A stretch of 63,290 nucleotides of DNA, counting the filler, from Octopus bimaculoides (taxonomy: Eukaryota), in NCBI RefSeq assembly GCF_001194135.2. It is 4 parts of 4 records of this genome, joined end to end, with 100 filler letters (N's around TTAATTAATTAA, not from the genome) between each part and the next. Parts side by side here need not be neighbours in the genome. Positions count along the whole stretch, not along the records: positions 1 to 29,178 come from NC_068988.1; 3 more parts are not named here. One strand, given 5' to 3'. Position 1 is the first letter of the stretch, and each line of letters starts with the position of its first letter. Shown piece by piece: positions 1 through 12,284 of the stretch. The notes under the pieces were generated by a model. The model worked only from the letters and a program-made list of their open reading frames with translations. It ran no database searches and was not told the DNA's origin. A program made the position numbers and the translations under genes.

Positions 1-9
1 TATATATCA

Positions 10-791
10 TTTGAATACGGAGCAAATAATTCAGGAGAAAATATTTGCGAAGATATCATCGACTCTATTATTATCTAGTATAACAATTTTAAAATGATAA
101 TATCAGAATCAATAATTGTAGCCCCCACCCCAAAGCATTAAATAGTGGAAGGATTAAAAATTAATCAAAGGACATACAAAGTGTGTCAACCTGCTGGAAA
201 TAACAGTCAAAACTTATTTAAATCACTAAAATAGATGGATAATACCTACAGAAATCAACCGTCCCAAGGCAAACGGGCTAAGACAATCTCTCAGTATACA
301 TTCAAGTATTTGGACTCGCGGACTCACGTGGACCGGTTTCTGGACTGACATAATAGCCTCACCTTCATCAGCACGCATTACCATGATGGAGAGCCCCAAT
401 CCATCGCGTGGAAGTCTGCTCTGCAATTGATTCGTTTTGCGCCGAATCATAGTAGTGACCAATGGGAAAATAATTTCAATACGGAGCAAATAATTCAGGA
501 GAAAATATTTGCGAAGATATCATTGACTCTATAATTATCTAGTGTAAACAATTTAGAAATGATAATAGCAGAATCAACAAAATAGGCGGTATGCCAGTGC
601 AGAAACAGGTCCACGTGAGTCCGTGAGCGCGTGAGTCCAAATACTTGAATGTTTACTGAGAGATTGTCTTAGCCCGTTTGCCTTGTGACGGTTGATTTTT
701 GTAGTTATTATCAATGTATTTTGGCGATTCAAATAAGAGTTTTGACTGTTATTTTCAGCAGGAAATAGCATACTAAGTATGTCCTTTGATT
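10..791. repeat. Composite direct + inverted repeat element, (TA)n-flanked (MITE/foldback-like)
   Basis: Direct repeat 10-112 / 474-577 (aatacggagcaaataattcaggagaaaatatttgcgaagatatc...). Inverted arms 163-347 / 595-791 (aatcaaaggacatac...tttctggactg vs cagtgcagaaa...gtatgtcctttgatt). (TA)n at the window start and from about 801. Confidence 0.8.
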
Positions 792-799
792 CATGCTAG

Positions 800-839
<40 letters not shown>

Positions 840-1594
840 TCAAAATTGAATGTGGCACTTAAGTTTAGGCACCAGAATATAGTATGGTATTATCCAAACA
901 ATTCCCAAAACAAGGTGATCAAAAATCAAAAAACGCAACACAAATTTTCAAGGTTATTGTAGTACGCACGTTTCATGCCACTCCATTTATTTAAGCATTA
1001 CATTAAATGTAAAATGCAGAGCAATCTTCAGCTGCACAAGGANNNNNNNNNNNNNNNNNNNNNNNNNNNNNNNNNNNNNNNNNNNNNNNNNNNNNNNNNN
1101 NNNNNNNNNNNNNNNNNNNNNNNNNNNNNNNNNNNNNNNNNNAGATGAGCTTTTATGCATAAGTAACTAAAGTGAACTCACTTTTGAGCTATATTTTAAA
1201 AAGTCCATCCATGAATCCATGTTTTTATTCTTGTGCAAAACTTGTCTGAATATGGACAAGGTTGCATAGCATTCTTCACTTTCAATAAATTCTTAGTATT
1301 TATAAGACTTCAGTGATGATTATATTGTATTGCTGAGTTAACATACTGAGTCATGAAGCAAATAAGTTCTTCCTTCATTTTCACCCTTGTTTCAGTTTCA
1401 GTGTGAGTTCTGTATCACTGCTAGTAGTATGTAATTCAAGAAAAGCTTATAGGTTGTTCAGAAGAACAAGGAGAAATTTGGCACAGTTCCAGTCACATTC
1501 ATTTAGAGGACATGTGCCTATAGAAGAGGCCTTACTGGCCAGTAGAAGACGAATGCAACTCAATGAGAAGATTGTTGGTCAGTACCAGTTTCTT

Positions 1595-3915
1595 GGGAAA
1601 TATAGGACCCTGTCACAAAACCTTCCATTCTTGTTCTCCATATGTACTCTTTCAACACTGCTACCATACAGAGAAAACAAGCCTCACCTTCCTTCGAGAG
1701 TCCAGTTGGCAGTATCATCTTTATTACAGATCCAGCCGACAGCTGTACTCTTCCCAGATGCGACAACACGTGTTCGACGTAAATCATCAAGCTCGAAAGC
1801 TTCTGATAATGGACAAAAGCGTGCTGGACAGTTTTACTGTCCAGCTCACATCTTGGACATGTCGGTGGCATTGCCATACCGTGCCTTGATAACTTCTCGC
1901 GAACAGGTAAAGCGTTCCTGTAACACTGCCAAGCCAGGGGTTTTTGGAAGTTGTCCAAATACCCCGACCTGAAAGTTTTTCGGAACAGGTCGGTCAGTTG
2001 GTTCTCATCGAACTCCAGAACACTTCCTAAGACGTCGTCATTTTTTTCTGCCACCAGCCCTCTATGGAATACCGAGGTGGTATTCCTGCAGCCAGCCTTG
2101 CCCATCTTGTGGATNNNNNNNNNNNNNNNNNNNNNNNNNNNNNNNNNNNNNNNNNNNNNNNNNNNNNNNNNNNNNNNNNNNNNNNNNNNNNNNNNNNNNN
2201 NNNNNNNNNNNNNNNNNNNNNNNNNNNNNNNNNNNNNNNNNNNNNNNNNNNNNNNNNNNNNNNNNNNNNNNNNNNNNNNGAGGCCGGTTGCGGCAAGAAC
2301 ACCTCCGCCAGTGGACTCCACATCTTATCACCCTCCAGGTGGCACCAGAGATGTCTCAGCCTCAACGCATGTCTGCGCATCATTAGCCAGGGCATCCCCA
2401 GACCACCCTTTAGCGGTTCCTGGCAGCACACAGAGCGCCTCACAAGTGGTTTTCCTCCCTTCCACAAAAAGCGGAATAGGAGTCTTTCCAAATTGCTTAG
2501 CCAAGAATCGGGGCAAGGCACAACGGACAGACGGTACATGATTACAGATGCTATAAACACCTGCACCACCTCTGCTCTACCCTTCAAGGACAGATACCTT
2601 CCGGACCACTTCCGTTCTATAGCCTCCGCCTTGTTCAGCACCTCGCTCCAATTCTTCTCCGTCTGGGAGTCTGAACTGAACCAGACTCCAAGCAACTTAA
2701 CAGGACCATCTGTCCAGTGTCCGACGACACTGGATCATATCGACTTGTTCCTCCAGGTGCCAAGGCGCAAACCGATGGACTTGTCCTTGTTAACCTTTGC
2801 TCCTGCCAATGCTTCGTATCTTCGGAGAGCAACTTCTACACGAGGTAGTCGTGCTTCGTTAGACACGATGAGGGTGACGCCGTCCGCATACGCAGAAGTG
2901 AACCTATCACATCCGATCTCATTCAGGTTGCCACCTAACAGCTCCCAGGTACTGGTGGTCTACCCTATCGAACGCTTTACTTTGGTCTAAATGGACCAAT
3001 GCCCCTCCCTTACCGGCTATTTTCCCTACCCTATCTAAGGTTAGCAGATAAGGTGAGGATTGTCCTGGATCGATCTGCCTGGGATTGCACAAGTCTGTGC
3101 CTTCCCAACAAGCTTCACCACAACAGCTGTCAACCTTTTCGCTAGCACCTTGGCCAAAATCTTTGACTCTACGTTAAGTAGAGTTATGGGCCGATAGTTA
3201 TTAATGCTATCCCCCTTGCTTGGGTCTTTCCCGACCAGCGTCCCCGGCTTACAGAGCTGGGAATACTCCCATTCTGCTGCCAGTTCGCATAGACGCTAGC
3301 CAGGACATCCCCAAACAAGTCCGGCATTAAACGGTAAAACTCATAGGGCAGACCATCCAGTCCCGGAGACTTTTCCCCAGCGCACTCGGCCAGCACCTCT
3401 CCTACCTCCGCGGGAGTGATCGGTCCTTCACAGCATCCAGCTTCGTTCGCCAAGAGTCGAGGCCCGCCCGCTAGGAAGTCCTTTAAGGTCTCCCCGCGCT
3501 CAAGCGTACCGTTCTCCCCGAACAAATGCGCAAAATGCTGGTGAAAAACCTTTCGCATCTCCTCCTGTCCATAAATCTCGCGACCCTGCCTGTCAGTTAA
3601 AGACTCAATACAGGACGTTTTGCCCTTCTGACTCTCCACATGATGAGCCCATCTGGCTACGTTAATACCTTCTCGTTTCCCGGCGCGTACCTTAGCGCTA
3701 ACTCGACACCCTTCGTGTTTGGCATTGAGGTGACGGTACAGGACCGTTCTCGCAGCCACCACTCCAGGTGTGGAGCCAGATTCCATTGCATCGTCTAGCT
3801 CTTGACTAAGTCACCCTCTATTCTAGTCCTATCTAAACTTAGTTGCTTGCTAAATCTAATGGACTCAAGACGGATGGCTCTCTTGAGGGCTAGCCACCAT
3901 CTATTATTAATGATG
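1595..3915 (-). mobile_element. Older, truncated L1/Tx1-clade LINE copy (ORF2 linker-RT-zinc finger remnant); host of the nested insertion
   Basis: Translates to EKSPGLDGLPYEFY, KAFDR, SAYADGVTLIV (YADD mutated to YADG), GGLGMP, and CPRCELDSKTVQHAF. Colinear with the 4247-6850 copy. Lacks about 200 bp of RT (equivalent to 5660-5857). Homology stops near 1595. Confidence 0.92.
3899..3915. repeat. Target-site duplication, left copy (atctattattaatgatg)
   Basis: Identical 17-mer at 9463-9479. Removing 3916-9479 restores the host frame ALCGAIINNRWW. Confidence 0.95.
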
Positions 3916-4246
3916 CGAATCTTTATTACAATCATACGATAATACATAGAAAATGGACATAACAGGACAGACAATTACAAAAAGGTTGTACGAGTTTGAA
4001 TGATACATTAAAAATTTAATTATGAATAAACGAAAAACTGGCATACTTTTGCCTTGAAATAAAACATTGGCTTACTTTTGCCTCAAAACGAGAACTTTTA
4101 TGTTTTTATTATTTATTTATTTATTATTATTATTTTAAAATCAACCTAGAAGTCATTTCATAATAAATTATAAAAAGTAGCAGGTTCACATGACTGAACC
4201 CGGCAGCCTATAATGTCCAAAAACTCGTCTTCCCTTTCTTCGATGA

Positions 4247-7200
4247 TTAAGTTGGGTTACTGACACCCATCTTTCTCACCACATCCTTCCATCGTTTATC
4301 GCACTTACTCGGTGGCAGGGTCTTCCTCTCCAACCCTATCTTGCTCTTCAGATGGTATCTGAAGTAATATAGCAAGCCGGGGCCAGAGATGAAGGTCCCT
4401 GACACAAAACCTTCCATTCTAGTCCTCCATATACACTCTTTCAATACTGCGACTGTACAGTAAAAACAAGCCTTACCTTCATTTGTGAGTCCAGTTGGCG
4501 GTATCATCTTTATTATAGATCCAGTCGACAGCTGTACTCGTCCCAGATGCGACAGCACGTGTTCTACGTAACTTATCAAGCTCCCCGACATTGTACAAAA
4601 GCGTGCTGAATGGTTTCATCGCTCAGCCCACATCTTGGACATGTCGGTGGCACTAACATTCCGTGCCTGGATAACTTATCGCGAACAGGTAATGCACCTC
4701 TGTAGCACTGCCAGGTCAGGGATTTTTGGAAATTGTCCAAGCACCCCGGCCAGAAAGTTTTTTTGAACAGGTCGGCAAGTTGGTTCTCATCGAACCCCAG
4801 AGACCCTACTAGGACGTCATTGTTTTTTGCCTCTACCAGCCCTCTATAGAACACCGCTGCCAGCCTTGCCCATCTTGTGGATTAGCCAGAGTGCCTGACG
4901 GCACTCCTTCTGCCATAAAGTCAGGTTACGTCTTTTAATGAAACCGGGTTTAAATNNNNNNNNNNNNNNNNNNNNNNNNNNNNNNNNNNNNNNNNNNNNN
5001 NNNNNNNNNNNNNNNNNNNNNNNNNNNNNNNNNNNNNNNNNNNNNNNNNNNNNNNNNNNNNNNNNNNNNNNNNNNNNNNNNNNNNNNNNNNNNNNNNNNN
5101 NNNNNNNNNNNNNNNNNNNNNNNNNNNNNNNNNNNNNNNNNNNNNNNNNNNNNNNNNNNNNNNNNNNNNNNNNNNNNNNNNNNNNNNNNNNNNNNNNNNN
5201 NNNNNNNNNNNNNNNNNNNNNNNNNNNNNNNNNNNNNNNNNNNNNNNNNNNNNNNNNNNNNNNNNNNNNNNNNNNNNNNNNNNNNNNNNNNNNNNNNNNN
5301 NNNNNNNNNNNNNNNNNNNNNNNNNNNNNNNNNNNNNNNNNNNNNNNNNNNNNNNNNNNNNNNNNNNNNNNNNNNNNNNNNNNNNNNNNNNNNNNNNNNN
5401 NNNNNNNNNNNNNNNNNNNNNNNNNNNNNNNNNNNNNNNNNNNNNNNNNNNNNNNNNNNNNNNNNNNNNNNNNNNNNNNNNNNNNNNNNNNNNNNNNNNN
5501 NNNNNNNNNNNNNNNNNNNNNNNNNNNNNNNNNNNNNNNNNNNNNNNNNNNNNNNNNNNNNNNNNNNNNNNNNNNNNNNNNNNNNNNNNNNNNNCGTCCA
5601 CATAAGCAGAAACACACTTACCGCATCCGATTTCATTTGCGTTGCCGCCTAACTTGTCCAGCTTCCGCAGTAATGGCTCAAGAGCTAAAACGTACAGAAG
5701 TGGAGACAAGGGACACCCTTGATGAACCGAACACTTGATCGAAAATGGCTCCGTTAGGTAACCGTTTATCTGGACTGTGGACTTGATGCCGCTATACATA
5801 GCGGAGATCCACCCACGAAAGCGAGTGCCCAGCCCAGCCGCTTCGAGGACAGTCCACAGGTATCGATGGTCCACCCTATCGAACGCTTTACTTTGGTTTA
5901 AATGGACTAATGCCCCTCCTTTACCGGTTGATTTCCCAACCTTATCTAAGGTGTAGCGGAGAAGGTGAAGATTATCCTGGATCGACCTGCCTTGGATTGC
6001 ACATGTCTGTGCCTTCCCGACAAGTTTCTCTGCAACAGCCGTCAACCTTTTTGCTAACACCTTGGCCAAAATCTTTGACTCTACATTGAGTAGAGTTATG
6101 GGCCTATAATTACAGATACTATCCCCCTTACTTGGGTCATTTTGGACCAGTGTCACAACTCTCCGTCTCACCGAACTGGGAATTCTCCCGTTCTGCTGCC
6201 AGTTTGCATAGACGCCAGCCAGTATATCTCCGAACAAGTCCGGCATACAACGATAAAACTCATAGGGTAGACCATCTAGCCCCGGAGTCTTTTCCCCGGC
6301 GCACTCGGCCAACACCTCTCTTACCTCCGCGGGAGTGATCGGTCCTTCACAGCATCCAGCCTCGCTTGCCGAGAGTTGCGGTCCACCGGATAGGAAGTCC
6401 TTTAAGGACTCCCCCTGCTCAAGCGGACCATTCCACCCAAACAACCAAGACAAATGCTGGTGAAAGACCTTCTGCATCTCCTCCTGTCCATAGATCTTGC
6501 GCCCCTGTTCGTCCGTTAAAGACTTTATAGAGGACTTTTTACTTCTCTGACTCTCCTCACGATGTGCCCATCCGGCAACATTAATACCTTCTCGTTTAAC
6601 CTGCACGCAGCTTAGCTCTGACTCTGCAACCTCCATGCTTGGCATTGCGGTGACGGTGCAAGACCATTCTCGCTGCCAACACTCTAGACGCAGATCCAGA
6701 TTCCATTGCCCCGTCTAATTTCTTAACTAATTCGCCCTCTATCCTAGTCCTATCTAAGCTTAGCTGATTGCTAAATCTAATGGTCTCCGAACGGATGACT
6801 CTTTTGAGGGCGTGCCACCATCTATTGTTAATAGTGGTGCCACATAATGCCCTCTGAACTAACACCTTAATCCGGGTACGGAAAGTTTCACAATTCAAAA
6901 GAGACTTGTTCATTTTCCAATACCCGGGTACCTGTCTATGACATTTATCTACGTGTACCTCACACGTCACAAGTTTGTGATCCGTGTAAGGCACAATACA
7001 AAGTTGTGGACAGCTAACACTATTCTTATCTCTCTCCTTAACAAATACCCTATCTATGTACGATCTGCGTGAGTCGTCGTTGTTACTCCACGTCCACTGT
7101 GGTACGCTCGGCTCATCCAGTCGGTAACGGTCTACTAGATTATAGCTCTCTAGTAGACTCTTGAGGCTAGGATTTCCCTTTCTATCGGTTGAGCCCATAC

Positions 7201-7646
7201 TATCGACCCGTGCATTGAGGATAGTGTTGAAATCCCCTAACAAAAATACCGTTTTAGACGTCACTAGAAAGTGCTCCAGAAAGTTCCGGTAAAAATCAGA
7301 CTGCTTACACTCCCTGGGAGCATAGACAGCTACCAACCTGAAGGACTGCTTACTTACATGCGTCACATCTAGTACGACCAGCCCTACCTTCTGGGTCCAG
7401 AAAGACAGTACTTACCTGTAAGTCCAAGTTCTTCCTGATAAGGACTGCCACGCCTACACCTCCTCCTCGGCTAGGAGAAATAAATTTCTAATAGCCACTC
7501 AGAAGAGGCGAGAACGCTTGAGGTCCACTCATCTTGGACACAGTCACAATAGCTACATCTATTCTATGTGAAATGAGGTCGTTCAGAAAACAAGCCTGTT
7601 TCCATTTCGACCCCATTCCACGTACATTCAAACAGCCCAACTTAAT
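4247..7646 (-). pseudogene. Tx1 LINE ORF2 (APE endonuclease + reverse transcriptase + zinc finger), with stops, frameshifts and an N gap
   Basis: N-terminus IKLGCLNVRG at about 7646. EN motifs RLVAVYAP, LLGDFN, SYIDRVFV, TDHK. RT motifs PGLDGLPYEFY, NYRPITLLNVESKILAK, SKAFDRVDH, HQGCPLSPLLY, AYVD. C-terminal CPRCGLSDETIQHAFVQC. Confidence 0.93.
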
Positions 7647-7952
7647 NNNNNNNNNNNNNNNNNNNNNNNNNNNNNNNNNNNNNNNNNNNNNNNNNNNNNN
7701 NNNNNNNNNNNNNNNNNNNNNNNNNNNNNNNNNNNNNNNNNNNNNNNNNNNNNNNNNNNNNNNNNNNNNNNNNNNNNNNNNNNNNNNNNNNNNNNNNNNN
7801 NNNNNNNNNNNNNNNNNNNNNNNNNNNNNNNNNNNNNNNNNNNNNNNNNNNNNNNNNNNNNNNNNNNNNNNNNNNNNNNNNNNNNNNNNNNNNNNNNNNN
7901 NNNNNNNNNNNNNNNNNNNNNNNNNNNNNNNNNNNNNNNGAAGGAGCCTCTC

Positions 7953-9196
7953 TCACCATTCTTCTTCTCCCATCTTTGCATAACGAAACTCCGTCTCAGT
8001 GTCTGTACATTTGAAAAATTTTATACGTGGATGGGCTTTAATTAGCCTCACCACTTTTTCATTTTTTATATTAAACCTTACTATTTTGTCAGTTGATTTA
8101 AAACCTTTCAGTTTTAGGGGCGGGGTGTTTGGCACTGCAAACTGTTTCCCGACATAAGTCGTGCCAGGGATGCGGGGCTGGGGGATTTTTTTTTTTTTTG
8201 TGGTTCGTCTGCGTCATTGCTATTTTTCTTTTTTGATTGAGGAGGGGAGTCAGGGGTATGGGTTTTCTTTCTTTTGTTGGTTACTATTGTAAACTCCATC
8301 TCCTCTGGTTCGTTTTGATTCCTCTCTCCATTTAATTTTTCTTTCTGTTGTTCTTTTCCATTTTCTTTTTCGTTTCCGGTTGTTTTCTTTTTTTCATTGG
8401 TCTTTTCGTTCTGTTTTTCGTCTGCGTTTTTTTCCTCCTCTGTGTTTGGAGGAGGGGCTTCACCAGTTTTTTTCTTTTTGATACAGGCGGAGTGGACGTG
8501 ACCCTTCTGCCCACACTTAAAGCACCTGGGCCGACGTCCCTCCACTGAGACATGGATAGTGTGCCCTTCCCCCACGAAAACTCTGTCTGGCAAATTTTCT
8601 AGAGTGGAGCTCTCAGCTTGAACCACCAACTCTAGTATTTGTCCTTTCCAATTGCACGCGTCTTTCCTCCTCATGCTCAGAATTGTTATTTTCCCCTCCA
8701 CGTCAAAAATAACCGCCTCTGCCACCCACATAACGTCGTACCCGACTGGAATGTCTTCCACTGTTCTGCCTCCCATGTAAGTGGGTAGCAGCATAATTAC
8801 GTCATTTTTTAATGTTTGGGTAGACATTTCCTTTGCTACGTTAGCTGATTCGAAGTGAGCTTCGATAGTTGCACTTCTAACTCCTCTGCCAACGTAGCGT
8901 ATTTTTTTCCATATCGGTGCCAGGCACCGTTCGACTACCTCGTTTTTCACGTCTGATATTTTCTTTACCTTGACGTTATAAATTTTGTATACGACAATCT
9001 TTTCTCGTATAGCGTTAACAGTTTCAGGGGGTAGTACCAGTTTGGTTTCCTCGTTAGACTTTTGTATGTATTTTCAAAATTGAATTAGTTTATCCATTGC
9101 CACTTTTAATTCAATACTACTTCCGTTTACTGCCTCTGAGAAACTTTGTTTTTCCTGTACTTCCTTATTTTGAACGTTTTCTGTTGTCTGTCCCAT
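7953..9196 (-). pseudogene. Tx1 LINE ORF1 (gag-like, CCHC zinc knuckle, K/E-rich tail), frameshifted
   Basis: Probable ATG at 9196-9194 (MGQTTENVQNKE...). CFKCGQKGHVHSAC in ORF 8114-8950. Apparent continuation after the homopolymer near 8186-8199 into ORF 7953-8135. Confidence 0.8.
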
Positions 9197-9462
9197 TCCG
9201 TGAAAGTCAGTAATTGACGATAAGTCAAATTCCATTATAAACAACTTGTCTTAAAAGACAAGAAACAAAAATTTTCAACCAATACAGGTTCAAAATAACA
9301 CAGAAATTTTCAGCTCCATAGGGCGAAATTTACTGTGAAGCAACAGTCCAATAATACAATTAAATTTAGAACAGAACGAACACAAACAGAAACGTACTCA
9401 CACAACAGCAGCGGTAAACAACGTGGTTTCCAAATACAAATACAAAAAATGGCCGAGAAGCG

Positions 9463-9494
9463 ATCTATTATTAATGATGGCGCCACATAACGCT
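9463..9494 (-). mobile_element. Right TSD plus 5' stub of the older Tx1 host copy
   Basis: atctattattaatgatggcgccacataacgc aligns with ORF2 at 6820-6850 (atctattgttaatagtggtgccacataatgc). Confidence 0.9.
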
Positions 9495-9497
9495 GCC

Positions 9498-10022
9498 ATT
9501 AGTATTTATGTTTCCGTCATCCAAATAACTGGATGAGTTAGCGATTCGCTAATGTATGTATACGAAATTAATATAAACAGCAGTTTGCAATGTTTCACCA
9601 AAAATGAGAAATACAAATGTCACTAAACATGACTAAGGTATTAGGAAATACCTACATTGCTAGAAATAAGAACTAAACTGCTCTAATGCTGTAGTTAATG
9701 CACATGAATGAAAACATATACACTAACAGGGACCATAATTGTCTGAAAAGTGCTGATCGAAAATTCTTAATACTGATGCATTGCCTTATCAGTTAAGACC
9801 GCTTAATTGTTTGGCACTTTCTGGACTTGCTTCACTATTAATATTTATGCTTTCATCATCCAAATTGGATGATTTAGTGATTCACTAAATTCATGTGCAT
9901 TAACTACAGCATTAGAGTAGTTTAGCTCTTATTTCTAGCAATGTAAGTGTTTCCTAACACCCTAATCACATTTAGTGACATTTGTAATTCTCCTTTTTGG
10001 TGAAACACTGCAAACTGCTGTT

Positions 10023-10027
<5 letters not shown>
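9498..10027. repeat. Second composite direct + inverted repeat element, ending at (TA)n
   Basis: Direct repeat 9498-9552 / 9837-9888, which contains two small hairpins (tcatcca..tggatga and ttagcga-t-tcgctaa). Inverted arms 9571-9709 / 9889-10027. Confidence 0.85.
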
Positions 10028-10060
<33 letters not shown>

Positions 10061-10143
10061 GCAAATGAAAGACAGAAGATGGAATATACAAGAATTTATT
10101 AATCACGACAATTATTTCGACACATCTAGCATCAATCTTTCAT

Positions 10144-10190
<47 letters not shown>

Positions 10191-12039
10191 TCATGCACAT
10201 ACACATACACTTATATATGAACCAGTATATGAATTATTTAGAAACAGTTTTGAAATAAATTTGATCAAGACACTTCCCTCAGTAACTTCTAAGGAGTTAT
10301 ATATACTACAATACGACCATAATAATAATAAATAAAGGGTTATACCAATATATATAACTGTGAAGATGGCCAGATGACAGAGTTGTGAGAGCAGAGAATA
10401 CACTACCTTGTGGTGTTTGTTTCATTCTGTATATTGAGTTCAAATCCTACAATGTTATATTTACTTTCATCATTTCAGAATCAGTAAAATATATCTAATC
10501 CAGGATAGTGAATAAACAGAAATACAAGAATACAAATTGGGTGCCTTGTGATGTTTGTTCTAGCTCTTTGCATTTTGAGTTGAAATGCTGTTATGTGTGG
10601 TGTGAATAGTCCATTGCCCGGTTTAACACTCTTGCCTAGCATCTTGGCTACTTTTAGAAGAGTTAACTGTGTTGCAAATATTCAGGCCAGCTCTGTTTTG
10701 CAAATATTTTCCTGTCTTTCCGTCCCAACAGGTTTGGCGGATCAGTAGAGTAAGAGGTGCTGTCTCTTCCCAGGTTAATTGATTGAAATAAAAGTGGTTG
10801 CAGCAATGTATATTAGATCACCATTAGTGAGTATTTACTGTATTACATAATGATAACAAGCTACCTTAGAATAGTATTATTAGTCCATCTTGTAGTGATT
10901 GGACAAAAACTGGCATATTGTTAAAGAAATCAGGGCTAAATTCTGAGGTATATTATTTAATACTTTTGTTCTCCTGGAAATATAACATTAAGTATTTTTG
11001 AAGGTAGAAAATAGACAAAAGACAGAAACAAGAAAAAAGAATTTATATCTTATCTATTATTTACGATTTTCTTTTAAATATGCTCTCTTAAAGTTTATAC
11101 CACCTTCACAGATCATTAAGGAATATCATAGTATCTTTTATTCATCTGATTGAATATGTGCGGCAACATTTGTAAGTTTATCATCAAATATCTGGGTAGA
11201 TATAAGTTTGTATATATACATTAGTAAGTATGTGTTTATGCCTGCACAACTTTTTGTTCCAGTAAACAAAATGGTTCTTCTCTTTAATTTGTTTTTTGTT
11301 TTTTTTTTGACTGTTAAAACTAATTTCCATTTGCCAAAATTTTTGGCTTCAATTTTTTTATTTAATTGACTCTTTTGACATTGTTCAACTTCTGTACAAA
11401 ATTATAATTATATTATAATTTCTTTAAACTAAATATGAAAAACTTATAAAAGAATTTTACAATACAAGGGAGCAAAATTGTAAATTGAAAGTGTTTACAA
11501 CAGTTACTGATCCAGAATGGTGAACAACAAACTTGATAAATCAACTTGCAAAACAAACTTGTAAACTTAATTTGAGAAAAAAATCAATCTTCAAGGTCTG
11601 TTATTGAAATTTTCGAAGAAAACATAATTTTCAAATATAATGTTGCTATTGCCACTAGACACAGTTGTCTCTTTCAGTTCAAAATAAGAAGAAATTTCAG
11701 GTTTATCAAGTAGACAAGACAAGAATTTAACATGTCTAATGCATTTTCTTCAGACATTTGTGGTTACAGGGAAAAATAAAGAATCCATATTCTGGGAAAT
11801 AAAAATATCACAAAACAAAAGTATATTATGTATTTAGTCACCGAGCTTAATTTCTCTCACCAGTAGAAACTAGTTGTTGCAAAACAAATAGTTTCAGTCT
11901 TATGTTTAATAGACAATAACCATTCCCTCACAACCAATAAAATTGTCACAATTTTGAAACTTTTAAAGTGGATTTATACACTCAGGTGACTATTTCTTAT
12001 ACTAGTTTATTTTTTAAACATTTTTGAAGTGTTTCAAAT

Positions 12040-12240
12040 TTTGGCACAAGGCCAGCAATATTAGAAGGGAGTGGCACTAGGGATTTCACTAATGTCAATA
12101 TCTGACTTGTACTTTGTGTTATTGACCCCAAGAGAGTGAAAGTCAAAGTTGACATGAGTAGAATATGAACTCAAAACGTAATGAGTGATAATAAATATCA
12201 CCAGGCATTTTGACCAACACTCTTAACAATCCTGAAAACT
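12040..12240 (-). mobile_element. Degenerate tRNA-derived SINE (family D), minus copy
   Basis: Reverse complement matches the ...tttgactttcactctcttggggtcaataa...aagtacaagtcag... body seen at 12285-12490 and 35470-35900. Confidence 0.6.
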
Positions 12241-12284
12241 TCCTGCTTTCATGTCTCATTTAATATTTATCATATGAAAGGAAG

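Larger units (their letters stand above)
3916..9462 (-). mobile_element. Near full-length L1/Tx1-clade non-LTR retrotransposon (5'UTR, ORF1, ORF2, 3'UTR), degenerate
   Basis: ORF1 has a CCHC knuckle; ORF2 has APE endonuclease, RT and a C-terminal Cys/His motif. The 3' end reads ...gtaataaagattcg with no poly(A). Bounded by the 17-bp TSD. Confidence 0.95.

Noticed and set aside
1560-9462. Simple tandem duplication of a LINE
   Set aside because: The TSD and the restored host frame show nested insertion, and the two copies are clearly diverged.
9400-9464. A U2 snRNA gene or pseudogene
   Set aside because: Only 14 nt match. Stem I, the branch-site pairing region and the Sm site are not recognisable, so it is reported only as a LINE 5' feature.
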